This document shows, piece by piece, positions 35,021-44,819 of a DNA stretch of 64,000 nt (positions are counted from its first letter, which is position 1; each line of letters starts with the position of its first letter). The notes under the pieces were generated by a model that was given only the letters and a program-made list of their open reading frames with translations, had not been told where the DNA came from and ran no database searches. The position numbers were made by a program, and so were the translations under genes. Origin of the DNA: a virus; the IMG/VR virus record IMGVR_UViG_3300027763_000032, positions 57,011 through 121,010 of that record; one strand, 5' to 3'.

Positions 35021-35553
35021 TAGCAGGAATGTTTGCAGTAGATAGTGTTGGGGGAATGGGATGGAAAGGTTCAATGCCTTGGCCTAATAACCCCGACGAT
35101 ATGAAATGGTTTAAAGCCACTACACAAAATCAAATTGTTGTCATGGGTAGAAAGACTTGGGATAGTCCCGATATGCCAAGTCCGCTACCAGGAAGACATA
35201 ATGTAGTGTTTACTAACAACTTTTTTGATCAAGACGATATTGAACAAATACGTGGCGATGTATGCGAAGCATTAGTCAGTTTAAAAAGCCACAATAAAAG
35301 AAAAAATATTTTTGTTATAGGTGGTCCAAATTTGCTTATGCAAAGTAGACCTGTACTTGAAAGAGTGTATCTTACTCGAATTTCAGGTGGATACTTAAAT
35401 GACACAACTATTGACCTAGTGGATTTTCTAGACGGAATGGTATTACACCAAACTGTTAATCTTGGATCTTGTATAGTAGAAGAATATCATAATGAAGCAA
35501 TATCATCAAGCGTTAAAGCATATACTAATAAACGGAAAAAACAAGACCGATAG
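35017..35553 (+). CDS. folA: dihydrofolate reductase
   Basis: GMGWKGSMPW, DMKWFK, VVMGRKTWDS, PLPGRHNVV, VIGG. Confidence 0.92.
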   Translation: MIAGMFAVDSVGGMGWKGSMPWPNNPDDMKWFKATTQNQIVVMGRKTWDSPDMPSPLPGRHNVVFTNNFFDQDDIEQIRGDVCEALVSLKSHNKRKNIFVIGGPNLLMQSRPVLERVYLTRISGGYLNDTTIDLVDFLDGMVLHQTVNLGSCIVEEYHNEAISSSVKAYTNKRKKQDR

Positions 35554-36319
35554 AACGGGGGTAGGAACCCGTAGCGTATTTGGTTATCAAATGCGTTTTA
35601 ATCTGCAAGAAGGTTTTCCAGCTACAACTACTAAGAAGCTCGCCTGGCGAGCGGTTGTAAGCGAACTCCTTTGGTTCTTAGAGGGCAGTGGTGACGAACG
35701 CCGGCTTGCGGAGATCCTACACGGTACTAGAGATTTATCTAAAACAACAATATGGACTGCCAATGCTAAAGCAGACTATTGGTTACCTAGAGCACACTTT
35801 GAAGGTGACCTAGGTCGCGTCTACGGAGTACAGTGGAGAGACTTTCTAGGTGTTGACCAAGTACAACGACTAATCGACGGTATTAAGAACGACCCTAGCG
35901 GACGTAGACATATCCTTTCAGCATGGAATCCTGCCGAACTTACAGATATGGCGCTACCGCCATGTCATGTATTAAGTCAATTTGATGTGACTGACGGTTA
36001 TCTAAGCTGTCAAATGTATCAGCGTAGTTGCGATATGTTCTTAGGTGTACCTTTTAACATTGCCAGCTATAGTTTGCTAACACACATTATCGCTCGCGAG
36101 TGCGGTCTTAAGGTGGGGGACTTTGTTTGGACTGGTGGTGACTGCCATATCTACAACAATCACTTTGAAGCTGTGGAAGTTCAGCTAGGCAGAGAACCTA
36201 AGCCATTACCTACACTAGTTTTTACAACAGGCAAAAAAATCGCCGACTATACTGTCGACGATTTTGTATTGGATAACTATAATCCAGATCCAGCTATTAA
36301 AGCTGAAATGGCTGTTTAA
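35492..36319 (+). CDS. thyA: thymidylate synthase
   Basis: GRVYGVQWR, MALPPCH, YQRSCDMFLGVPFNIASY, GDCHIYNNH. Confidence 0.97.
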   Translation: MKQYHQALKHILINGKNKTDRTGVGTRSVFGYQMRFNLQEGFPATTTKKLAWRAVVSELLWFLEGSGDERRLAEILHGTRDLSKTTIWTANAKADYWLPRAHFEGDLGRVYGVQWRDFLGVDQVQRLIDGIKNDPSGRRHILSAWNPAELTDMALPPCHVLSQFDVTDGYLSCQMYQRSCDMFLGVPFNIASYSLLTHIIARECGLKVGDFVWTGGDCHIYNNHFEAVEVQLGREPKPLPTLVFTTGKKIADYTVDDFVLDNYNPDPAIKAEMAV

Positions 36320-39300
36320 CGTATAAACGCTTCTATCACTTTAACTCCAGTATCATCACTAGATTCTAACGCAATAGCAAATACATCATTAGCATGTGGT
36401 ACAGCGGCTACTGCACATCCGTCATTGGCAGCTACTAGTCGTTGACCTTTACGTACTGCGCCAATAACCTTAACAGGAACTCTTCCTTTTAGTGCAACTG
36501 CTACGCCACCTTCTAGATCTTTGTTCATTAGATAAGCAGGTTTATCACTAACGACACCAATTGCTAGATCACCGTAGCTACTAGCAGTAACTTCTTTTTC
36601 ACCACCAATAGTTAATACTGTTCCAACTTCATAGTCAGCATCTGGTAGATATTTTTCTGCCAAGTCAGCAAAATATGCTTCGTTAGCAATACCTATAAAT
36701 CTATCAGCAGTAATTTCATTTGCACTAAAATTACCACTACTATTCCTAGCTACAATACTGCTTCCGACATTGCTTGAACTAGCATTAACGCCAATTGTAA
36801 CATTGTCGCCGCCACCCGGTACATAAGGAAGAACACCTTCATTTAATGTTACATAATTGCCAGCAGTTAATTGTCCCACGTAGTTACCTGATAGACTACC
36901 AGTTGAAATAGTAAAATTGTCAGCAAACTCAGCAGTAATAGTAATACCGCCTGAACCGTCAAATGATTGACTGCCTTTTAAGATGCCGCCTAATGTTATA
37001 GTTCTAGCTTGATGTAATTTGTCAGCTGTTGCGGCTTTACCGGTAAAGTAAGCACTAGTACCTGAGCCCGTTCCTTGACTTAAAACTACTGTTCCGTTTG
37101 GAGATAATACATCGCCGTTTACTCGAGCAATTACCGTTCCGTATCCGTTAACGCCATCGCCAAGTGTAAGTTTATTTTGGTTAGTATCATATGAGAATGT
37201 TGTTTGGTCAGCGTATATGCTTCTTGGCTGGCTTCCTGTGCCAGGCAATCCACCTGTAACAAATACAGGATAAAATGTTCCTACATCAGTTGGTTTGTCA
37301 GCAACTAAAATTTGAGAAGAATTACCTACACTAATCTGTGATAAATTTTTCCATTCAGGCACAGTTCCTGTGCTAGATAGTACATATCCAGCGGCGCCTA
37401 TTGAAAGATAGTTGGTAGTATTAGCGGCTGTTTGATATGGTATGTCGCCAAGTGTACCGTCGGATAAGTTTTTAGCCTTAGTAGCTGTTGCCGCGTTACC
37501 GCCAATTCCGTTGCCGTTGTCTGTTGCTACAATAGTTAATGATCCTGCGCCCGCAACTGTTTGACTTGAAAAGGCAACAGTTAAAGTCTGTTGACCTAAT
37601 GCAGGAGAATCAGCAACTATAGCAGTAATTGTTACTGTACCAGTGATTGCTGTACCTGTTACTTTGGCGCCTACTCTCCAATCAGCAAGACCTTGGAAAG
37701 TCCACGGTGCCAAAGAAGTACCCGAACCAGTAAATGTATCAACAAGCACAGTTATTGTTAATGCAATATAGTCAATAGCTGTGACTTTTCCGGACATTGT
37801 TATAGTATCGCCGCTTTGTGCTTTAGTTATTTTAATCCTATCATTAACCTGCCAACCTGGTACTTTTTGTACTGTCCAAGTTTTAGAACCAGTACCTACA
37901 GTATTAGTAGTTACTGAAACAAGATCATCGTAGCCGTTACCTGTAGGCACACTACCCGTATTGGCAACTGTATTAACATTAGATACAACAATAGTAGTAG
38001 ACGTTGCCGCACCGCTTGTCCCTACTAGAGTAGCATTGGTATTAGTAAGAGAAATTGGAACAGCAGTTGGAGCAATATTGATATTCCAAGTAGAGTTAGC
38101 TGTTGCTCCCACACCGTCTGTACGCGGTACTTTAAGGTTAGATCTTGCCTGTGTATCAGTTGATGCGTTTGTTCCGCCTGCGGCAATACCTAAAATACCG
38201 CCAACACCAAATTTAGCATCAACATAAGACTTAGGCACAGCCTGTTGATCACTGGCAACTGCTCCAGTTAATGTAACTGTTGCAAATGTTGGATCAGTTG
38301 GTTTGCCAACTAGGTCAGTGTATTCAATGCTGATATTTGCACTGCCGTCAAACGGTTTGCCGTTAATATTTCTTGGGGTTTTTAATACTGTAGCAGTACT
38401 AGCATTACCTTCAAATGTTGTTGCAGAGATTGTGCTAGATCCGTCAAGATTTCTTTTACGTGCAACTAGTGTATCTCCACTATTTGTAGCCATAAAGCTA
38501 GCTTGTAGATACGATGTTCCGACTCTTAATGTATTAGCCTGTGTTGCGGTGCCATCAAAGTTTGTAGCATATACAGTAGCCCATTTAGCATTAATACTGC
38601 CTAGGTTAAACCCAGAACTTGTTAGGTCTGGTCTAATACCAGCCTGATCAATTATTAATGGAAATACCGGTGTTGTATTTTGTTTAACTGAAAACGTAAT
38701 ACGCTGGCCGCCCAATCTAGCAGATATTTGTGGCTGATTGGCAATGACTTCAATTTTTAGATCGTCGTTTGCGCCTAAAGTGAGACCTTCATCAACACTG
38801 ACTTTAACTTGATATGGTAATGTTAATAAATTGTTTACTGGGCTTAGGTATTGATCTGGAGTTTTTCCGCCAAGACGTAGTGCATTTGAAACTGTACCCC
38901 AAAGTCTATATGTTCCGCCGCCGTTAGATCCGCTTACGCCAACTGCATCAACGTTAGGGAATGTAATACCACGCTTAATTTGTTTAGAAGACGGGTCTGT
39001 AAATCCAACAATTGTACTATCAGGGTCAGCAATGTTTAATACAAATTCATCTTCAGATATAATAAAGTTAACTGCACCGTTGACAGTAGCGGCAATGATT
39101 CCATGAGGCGTATTATTAGCATCAATAACGTTGCGGCTGACCATTTGTGTAATACCAGTGCCTGCATTTTGCGGGCCAACAGTTAACCAATCTGCTGTTA
39201 GGCCGCCAATTCTAACTTTTAATTGATCTTTATTAGAGTCAAACCATAAGTCGCCAGGTGTCGGGAATGGTGGCTCTGTTGCACTGTATTCTGCGCCGGT

Positions 39301-39579
39301 TAGGGTTTTCCATACTTTTGCAGTAGCAGACACATCGCCAGTGTGTACTTTTAATTTTTTGTTAGTTGTATCGTACCATACTTGTCCAGAAATAGCATTT
39401 GGAGGCGGCTGTTGTCTTGCAAAATTCTCCAACATGTGTACAAATGTTTCGTTTTGAATTTCTCCGTAACCGGCATAATTTTTACCGACTAACTGAATAT
39501 CAAGAGTTTGATCAACTGTACCATCTTGTACAGTTGTTACCACTGTTGTATTATCCCATCTGTTTATTGTATATGACAT
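36316..39579 (-). CDS. tail fibre protein with C-terminal autocleavage-chaperone-like domain
   Basis: Shared N-terminal module (GKNYAGYG..ENF..LENFA..GQVWYD), GxAxxAxxL fibre repeats, C-terminal ADLAEKY..GTV..IGVVS..VALKGRVPVKV. Confidence 0.8.
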   Translation of the reverse strand: MSYTINRWDNTTVVTTVQDGTVDQTLDIQLVGKNYAGYGEIQNETFVHMLENFARQQPPPNAISGQVWYDTTNKKLKVHTGDVSATAKVWKTLTGAEYSATEPPFPTPGDLWFDSNKDQLKVRIGGLTADWLTVGPQNAGTGITQMVSRNVIDANNTPHGIIAATVNGAVNFIISEDEFVLNIADPDSTIVGFTDPSSKQIKRGITFPNVDAVGVSGSNGGGTYRLWGTVSNALRLGGKTPDQYLSPVNNLLTLPYQVKVSVDEGLTLGANDDLKIEVIANQPQISARLGGQRITFSVKQNTTPVFPLIIDQAGIRPDLTSSGFNLGSINAKWATVYATNFDGTATQANTLRVGTSYLQASFMATNSGDTLVARKRNLDGSSTISATTFEGNASTATVLKTPRNINGKPFDGSANISIEYTDLVGKPTDPTFATVTLTGAVASDQQAVPKSYVDAKFGVGGILGIAAGGTNASTDTQARSNLKVPRTDGVGATANSTWNINIAPTAVPISLTNTNATLVGTSGAATSTTIVVSNVNTVANTGSVPTGNGYDDLVSVTTNTVGTGSKTWTVQKVPGWQVNDRIKITKAQSGDTITMSGKVTAIDYIALTITVLVDTFTGSGTSLAPWTFQGLADWRVGAKVTGTAITGTVTITAIVADSPALGQQTLTVAFSSQTVAGAGSLTIVATDNGNGIGGNAATATKAKNLSDGTLGDIPYQTAANTTNYLSIGAAGYVLSSTGTVPEWKNLSQISVGNSSQILVADKPTDVGTFYPVFVTGGLPGTGSQPRSIYADQTTFSYDTNQNKLTLGDGVNGYGTVIARVNGDVLSPNGTVVLSQGTGSGTSAYFTGKAATADKLHQARTITLGGILKGSQSFDGSGGITITAEFADNFTISTGSLSGNYVGQLTAGNYVTLNEGVLPYVPGGGDNVTIGVNASSSNVGSSIVARNSSGNFSANEITADRFIGIANEAYFADLAEKYLPDADYEVGTVLTIGGEKEVTASSYGDLAIGVVSDKPAYLMNKDLEGGVAVALKGRVPVKVIGAVRKGQRLVAANDGCAVAAVPHANDVFAIALESSDDTGVKVIEAFIR

Positions 39580-39608
39580 CTAGTAGCCCCTAAAACTAAC
39601 GTTATTAT

Positions 39609-39615
39609 TATTTAT
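39609..39615 (-). promoter_or_regulatory. late-type promoter core (G)ATAAATA
   Basis: Minus strand, about 30 nt upstream of ATG 39579. Confidence 0.6.
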
Positions 39616-39629
39616 CGCTCTTTGTTCTT

Positions 39630-41714
39630 TTAAATTAATGCAAAAAGTTTCCAATTTGTAGCATTTCCTGTAGGGTTTGTTTGTCCTGCTGGTACGTTTG
39701 CAATACAAATCCATTCTTTGTAGTCAAAAATTACAAGATCATTAACTGAGTATGCTGTAGCATTATCCCAATCACCCACTGGCACATAGTCAGTAATATA
39801 TTCCCATGCTAAACTGTTATTTGGTTGTTCAGTAACGACAAATCGCTTGTAAAATCTAGTGGTTACAATGCTAGCTAGCGGTGCTGGAATTACCTGTGTT
39901 TCTATGATATCTTCTACTACTGAGAAGTTTTCATAACTACCTTCACCTTTATTAACTGTATTTTTACTAAATGCAATAGTTTCAGTGCCAGTTAATTCAG
40001 TACCCGTTTGTACTGGTTTATATTGTATAGCGTTAACAACAATTGCCAAATGTGTTGCATGAATTTTAGCAATAGTTCCAAGAATAGCAACACCTTGAGG
40101 GTTATTAACGCCATTATATATAGAAGCAGTATACGTTAAAATTTCAGCTATTTTTTCATTTGCCGCTTCAATTCCGGGCTGTGTTGTTATGTCAAAATCG
40201 CTAATATCTAGTGTTAATGCAATTGGTCGAATACTAACACGCTCATCTACATATTTCTTATTTGGTACATCTGATAAATTACTAGTAACATAATTTAAAT
40301 CTGGTGCATTAGTAAGCGTCTTACCGTCAACATCTATAAAATCTGTAGCAGATGTTATAACTAAATCAGTTGTACTACTAGTAATTGTATTACCGGTAAT
40401 ATTCAATCCAGCGTCCATATCTAACGTGGTTAAATCACCTAGGGTTTTTAAACTTGAATTAACTACAGTAGCTCCTAGTGTAGTGGCCGACAATACAGGA
40501 TTATAATTAATGCTATAAGTCTTGCCAGTAACTATATTAAAATTCTCTGAACTATCCCAACTTGTATGTGCATAAGAATAAGTTAATGTTTTGTCGGTAG
40601 TACCATGTAAAGTAATTCCGCCACCGTCGGCATCGGTATCTGTTACTACACCAGTTGGTGATTTGTTTAGTTCAATATTTTTATCTTCAACTTGTAATGT
40701 AGTTGAATTAATTGTAAAGTTGTCACCTTCAATGATCAAATTACCCGAAACTCTTAAATCTCCAGTAATATCAACTGTCTTTGTTGGGGCTCGATTAAAA
40801 AATCCAACTCTTTGATTTACAGAATCAATGTATATTGCTGTCTTTACACCGCCTACTGGTTGTTTTGTTTTAATTTCAATTGCTCTACTTGACTCACTAT
40901 TTTCAATAACAAAATTGCCGCCTTCAAGTTTTAAACTAGTATCGCCTTGGGCAGAAGTTGTAGTACCAGGATCTCCGCCTAATAATCTAACTCCCGATAC
41001 TGATTGTACCGTTAATGATCCAACAATTGTGCCGTCTTGGTTATTGTATAAAATATCGTCTGCAACTTTAGTTTCGCCTAATGCAGTAACTAGTCCTTCA
41101 GCACGAGAAACAGTGACATTAAACTTAGTGCCAATTAATGTGCCTGCTGAAAATCCAACTCCTATAGGACCGGTGAATCCTTCAATTGCCAATGCTGGTG
41201 TAAATGCACTGTTGCTGAATATACCTAATAATACTCCATTAACAAAAAGTTTAGCAACTACTTTAAGTCTGTTATTAGTATCAATAATATTGTCAATTAT
41301 GAATCCTGAAGTTTTTTGTTGTTCTGTATAGACTGGGCCTGCTAATGTTAAATCAACTCCGTCATAGAAAAATAATTGATTTGTTTCGTTATTGATCCAC
41401 AGATCGCCGGGCACTAAATTAAGAGGACGTATAGAACTTACAAGTGGTCCGCCGCTGGCTCTAAAAGTATTTCCGTCATAGACATTTAATCTACCAGTGC
41501 TAGTATTATACCATAGTTGTCCTTTGATAGGATGTTCTGGTTCTGAACTACTGGAAAAATTTTCTAATAACTTTATCAAGTTTTCATTAAACACTTGACC
41601 AAAATTTGTAACATTTTTTCCGATTAACGTAAGACTACTACTGCCGGTGTCAAATTGACCGTCTGGAATCTCTGCTAATACGTTACCGTCAGTTTTATTA
41701 ATTTTATATGTCAT
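39630..41714 (-). CDS. tail fibre/baseplate-associated protein with C-terminal CBM5/12-like module
   Basis: Same N-terminal module; C-terminal WDNATAYSVNDLVIFDYKEWIC. Confidence 0.75.
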   Translation of the reverse strand: MTYKINKTDGNVLAEIPDGQFDTGSSSLTLIGKNVTNFGQVFNENLIKLLENFSSSSEPEHPIKGQLWYNTSTGRLNVYDGNTFRASGGPLVSSIRPLNLVPGDLWINNETNQLFFYDGVDLTLAGPVYTEQQKTSGFIIDNIIDTNNRLKVVAKLFVNGVLLGIFSNSAFTPALAIEGFTGPIGVGFSAGTLIGTKFNVTVSRAEGLVTALGETKVADDILYNNQDGTIVGSLTVQSVSGVRLLGGDPGTTTSAQGDTSLKLEGGNFVIENSESSRAIEIKTKQPVGGVKTAIYIDSVNQRVGFFNRAPTKTVDITGDLRVSGNLIIEGDNFTINSTTLQVEDKNIELNKSPTGVVTDTDADGGGITLHGTTDKTLTYSYAHTSWDSSENFNIVTGKTYSINYNPVLSATTLGATVVNSSLKTLGDLTTLDMDAGLNITGNTITSSTTDLVITSATDFIDVDGKTLTNAPDLNYVTSNLSDVPNKKYVDERVSIRPIALTLDISDFDITTQPGIEAANEKIAEILTYTASIYNGVNNPQGVAILGTIAKIHATHLAIVVNAIQYKPVQTGTELTGTETIAFSKNTVNKGEGSYENFSVVEDIIETQVIPAPLASIVTTRFYKRFVVTEQPNNSLAWEYITDYVPVGDWDNATAYSVNDLVIFDYKEWICIANVPAGQTNPTGNATNWKLFALI

Positions 41715-44161
41715 TATCTATAGTCCGAATCGTAATCTGTTAATTTGCCTGTCCAAATAATCATATTTAGAGCTAGGAACGGGTTCATAATACTAAACGG
41801 TTGGCCAAATGGTCCGCCAACTGGTTCTGTTAATATGCCGCCGCTTGTTCTTAAAAGTCTGCCTGTATCGTTTGCACCACCTAAACCCTTAACTGGAATA
41901 GAATCAGTATCAGCCAATTCTGTTGGGCTGTATGCGCCAAATCTTCCATCTCGATTGCCTGTTAAATCATGTTCGTGATCAGGAAGATTATTTACTGTTA
42001 AATTCATCTGTTCATCGCCAGCGCCAATACGTACAACTGTGGGATCAGCATAGTCAATAGTTGCGTTTGGATCAGTAACTCGGCCAGCTGGACTTGTAAT
42101 AGTATCAATCTTTGACGAAATACTATTTCTATCAGGAACTTTTTTACCATTAAACATATTATCAGCGCCAAGCGGGAAGCGACCTCTTAAGTCAGGAAGT
42201 TTAAATGTGTCAAATCCTTTTGTTCCTAACGGATTATTTGTAGCGTCATATGCATTGGCATTGCCGTATAGTCCAGAAATTACATTATATAATGCTTCAT
42301 ATCGTATTCTAGGAACTTCTGATCCGTCACATAGTAACCAACCCATTGGAGGTGTAAGGCCTGCGTATGGCACAACGGTACCCACTGGCAGTTGCGGGAT
42401 TGCTGAAAATAATGTATTCTTTTTAATTTTCTTAAGGCCGGCAGTTCCTTGACTTATTAAGAAATCATCAGCTTCGCCCAAGTCGGCTGCTTTTGCTACT
42501 TCTGCTTTATCAGAAACAAATGTTTCACTAAGATTAGTAACAAACTGTTTTCTATTACCTAATACTCCAGACGGACTAATAGTTCCAGCAATGGCTTGCG
42601 GGCCTGTAGCTGTTCCGTTAAATGTTATATAAGTTCGTGTTCCTTCAATAACATTATATGTTCCACGATATGCCACTGGAGTAATATTAGATACAACTAC
42701 TACGGTACCTGCCGGAAAAGGTATTACAGTTTGAGCATCAAATTCAAGTTTAATAACAGTTCCGTTACCCGATGCAACAGTAGTAGTCACCGGATTAGTT
42801 CCAGTCTTGCCATCAAATTCAATTTCGTTACTAGTTACATCACCAATCATTTCAAAGATTGTTGAACTAGCTAAGTTTGTAGCAGATCCATCTACTGTTC
42901 CCTTGACAGTTCCTATTAATTTTCCATTAAACTCAGTTGCGGCAAATACTTTATTAGCATATATGTTATTAAATTGTTTTCCGCCTTCGACTGTAGGATC
43001 AGACCCAATTGAAGAACCATTATTAGTTGCAGGTAATATGTTTGTTCCAACAGTGATTTTACCATCTAAACTAATATTTCCGCCAACAAATAAACTCTTT
43101 TCAATACCTGCTCCACCCGCTAATTGGAATGCTCCTGTAACAATACTTGTAGAATCTGTTGTTCCCTTAATGAATAACTGCCCTGACGAGTCTGGATTTT
43201 CTTCTGTTAACCCAAGTCGTATATTTCCACTAATGTCTAATGCTTCTTGCGGAGCAATGTTGTTAATACCCACACGCTCTTGACTGTCTACACGGATAAC
43301 AACTCGTTCGTTACCGTTGTTATTAACACGAATATCTAGACTAGATCCGGATGTCTTTTGGTAAATGTATCCAACACCGTTGTCAACTGCAAGTTCCATT
43401 TGGCCGTCTGCGCCGATTTGAATACCTGTGTTGCTTTTAACGTTAAGACCTTTATAGTTGTTAGTAATTACATCGCCGCGTAAAAAATTGTCTGCTTCAA
43501 GACCGGTTGACAAATATCCCGATACAATTAACTTACTGGCTTTTTCTGCTGTACCAAAATAACCGTTATATAGGCTACTAAGCGTTACACCTGCGTAGAT
43601 ATAAGGAAAGCCGGGTAAAGTAGTTTTAGGTTGAAATTTTTCAGTGCTGAATATTGCTACACGGAATCCACCAACATAATTACTAATAACAGTACGCTCA
43701 ATATTATCAGTGTCTCTAAAACTTTCTGGTTCAGCTCCGGTTCTAGCTCCTGCACTAAAGCGTGGACCAACTAAGATCCAACCCGATCCAGAGAATAAGA
43801 ATAATTGTTGTGTATCAGTATTAACCCATAGATCGCCCGGTAAACTGTTACCCGCATCTGGTTGATTTCCGCTAGATTTTTTAAGTCCGCCTGCGGCAAC
43901 CCACTGAGTTCCATCATATACATTTAATTGTTTTATACTAGCATTAGTGTCATACCATAGTTGACCCTTAACTGGATTGACTGGTTCGCTAGTGTTTGCA
44001 AAATTTTCTAATAGGTGTAGGAAGTTTTCACCAAGTGCTTGTCCATAACCTGTAGTATTTCGTCCTGGAAAATTAAGACTGGTAACTGAATTCGTAGTAT
44101 TATCATCTACGGCTAACGGAGTGTTATTAATTTGATCGGTAAAACGAATTTGGTATGCCAT
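41714..44161 (-). CDS. short-tail-fibre-like protein with tail collar domain
   Basis: Same N-terminal module; PVGTVVPYAG..P.GWLLCDG..F.LPDLRGRF collar motif; terminal MNPFLALNMII. Confidence 0.85.
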   Translation of the reverse strand: MAYQIRFTDQINNTPLAVDDNTTNSVTSLNFPGRNTTGYGQALGENFLHLLENFANTSEPVNPVKGQLWYDTNASIKQLNVYDGTQWVAAGGLKKSSGNQPDAGNSLPGDLWVNTDTQQLFLFSGSGWILVGPRFSAGARTGAEPESFRDTDNIERTVISNYVGGFRVAIFSTEKFQPKTTLPGFPYIYAGVTLSSLYNGYFGTAEKASKLIVSGYLSTGLEADNFLRGDVITNNYKGLNVKSNTGIQIGADGQMELAVDNGVGYIYQKTSGSSLDIRVNNNGNERVVIRVDSQERVGINNIAPQEALDISGNIRLGLTEENPDSSGQLFIKGTTDSTSIVTGAFQLAGGAGIEKSLFVGGNISLDGKITVGTNILPATNNGSSIGSDPTVEGGKQFNNIYANKVFAATEFNGKLIGTVKGTVDGSATNLASSTIFEMIGDVTSNEIEFDGKTGTNPVTTTVASGNGTVIKLEFDAQTVIPFPAGTVVVVSNITPVAYRGTYNVIEGTRTYITFNGTATGPQAIAGTISPSGVLGNRKQFVTNLSETFVSDKAEVAKAADLGEADDFLISQGTAGLKKIKKNTLFSAIPQLPVGTVVPYAGLTPPMGWLLCDGSEVPRIRYEALYNVISGLYGNANAYDATNNPLGTKGFDTFKLPDLRGRFPLGADNMFNGKKVPDRNSISSKIDTITSPAGRVTDPNATIDYADPTVVRIGAGDEQMNLTVNNLPDHEHDLTGNRDGRFGAYSPTELADTDSIPVKGLGGANDTGRLLRTSGGILTEPVGGPFGQPFSIMNPFLALNMIIWTGKLTDYDSDYR

Positions 44162-44163
44162 GT

Positions 44164-44778
44164 TTACGCTCCGTTAAAACCTGTTAGACTTTGCACTCTA
44201 ACGGTGTAATCAATTTGAATTAAACGATTTAGTGATTTTTGTACAGGATGGAATATAACATGAGTTAATAATTTACCTGTTCCTGTTGGATTGTAAGCCC
44301 TAAGACCTAACTCATCAAACACATATTCACCGTCTAAGTATGTTGTGTTGTCAAATGCTTCTTGATTATTAGGCTCGCCGTAGTCTAGCAAGCAAGTGAC
44401 TAAAATATCTGTATAGTTTGTTCCGGTAACATGACGAACATCAATCTTATTACGAGTTGGATCAACGTTATTTGTGCTACGATCGTTGACTACTTTGGTA
44501 TAGGTTTCGTTGTACAAACTACTATTTGATCCCGTTGTATTTGGCGTCAAATATGTAATGATTCCTGTTGGGTCTACTGCTGTGCCACCGTTGCCGAAGC
44601 TCATTTGATATATTGTTCCTATACCCTCGTTTGCGAGACTCTGTGCCAAGGCAATGCTCATATTCTCATAATGAATAGCATTACGTTTGTTAACGATTAC
44701 TTCTTGAGAGACGGGATCCCAAATTTTAATATGTCCTTGGAGTAATATTCCCGAATTTTCATCTGGTTTTGTTGTCAT
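44164..44778 (-). CDS. probable virion structural protein
   Basis: Located in the structural operon; ATAAATA core at 44800-44806. Confidence 0.65.
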   Translation of the reverse strand: MTTKPDENSGILLQGHIKIWDPVSQEVIVNKRNAIHYENMSIALAQSLANEGIGTIYQMSFGNGGTAVDPTGIITYLTPNTTGSNSSLYNETYTKVVNDRSTNNVDPTRNKIDVRHVTGTNYTDILVTCLLDYGEPNNQEAFDNTTYLDGEYVFDELGLRAYNPTGTGKLLTHVIFHPVQKSLNRLIQIDYTVRVQSLTGFNGA

Positions 44779-44799
44779 GTTGTTTTCACCTATACAATG

Positions 44800-44806
44800 T
44801 ATTTAT
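44800..44806 (-). promoter_or_regulatory. late-type promoter core ATAAATA
   Basis: Intergenic, 22 nt upstream of ATG 44778. Confidence 0.55.
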
Positions 44807-44819
44807 TTTAATAGTTTTC

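Noticed and set aside
35492-35553. 62-nt DHFR/thyA overlap as a sign of a frameshifted DHFR-TS fusion
   Set aside because: Both ORFs are complete, no slippery sequence was evident, and such overlaps are common in phages
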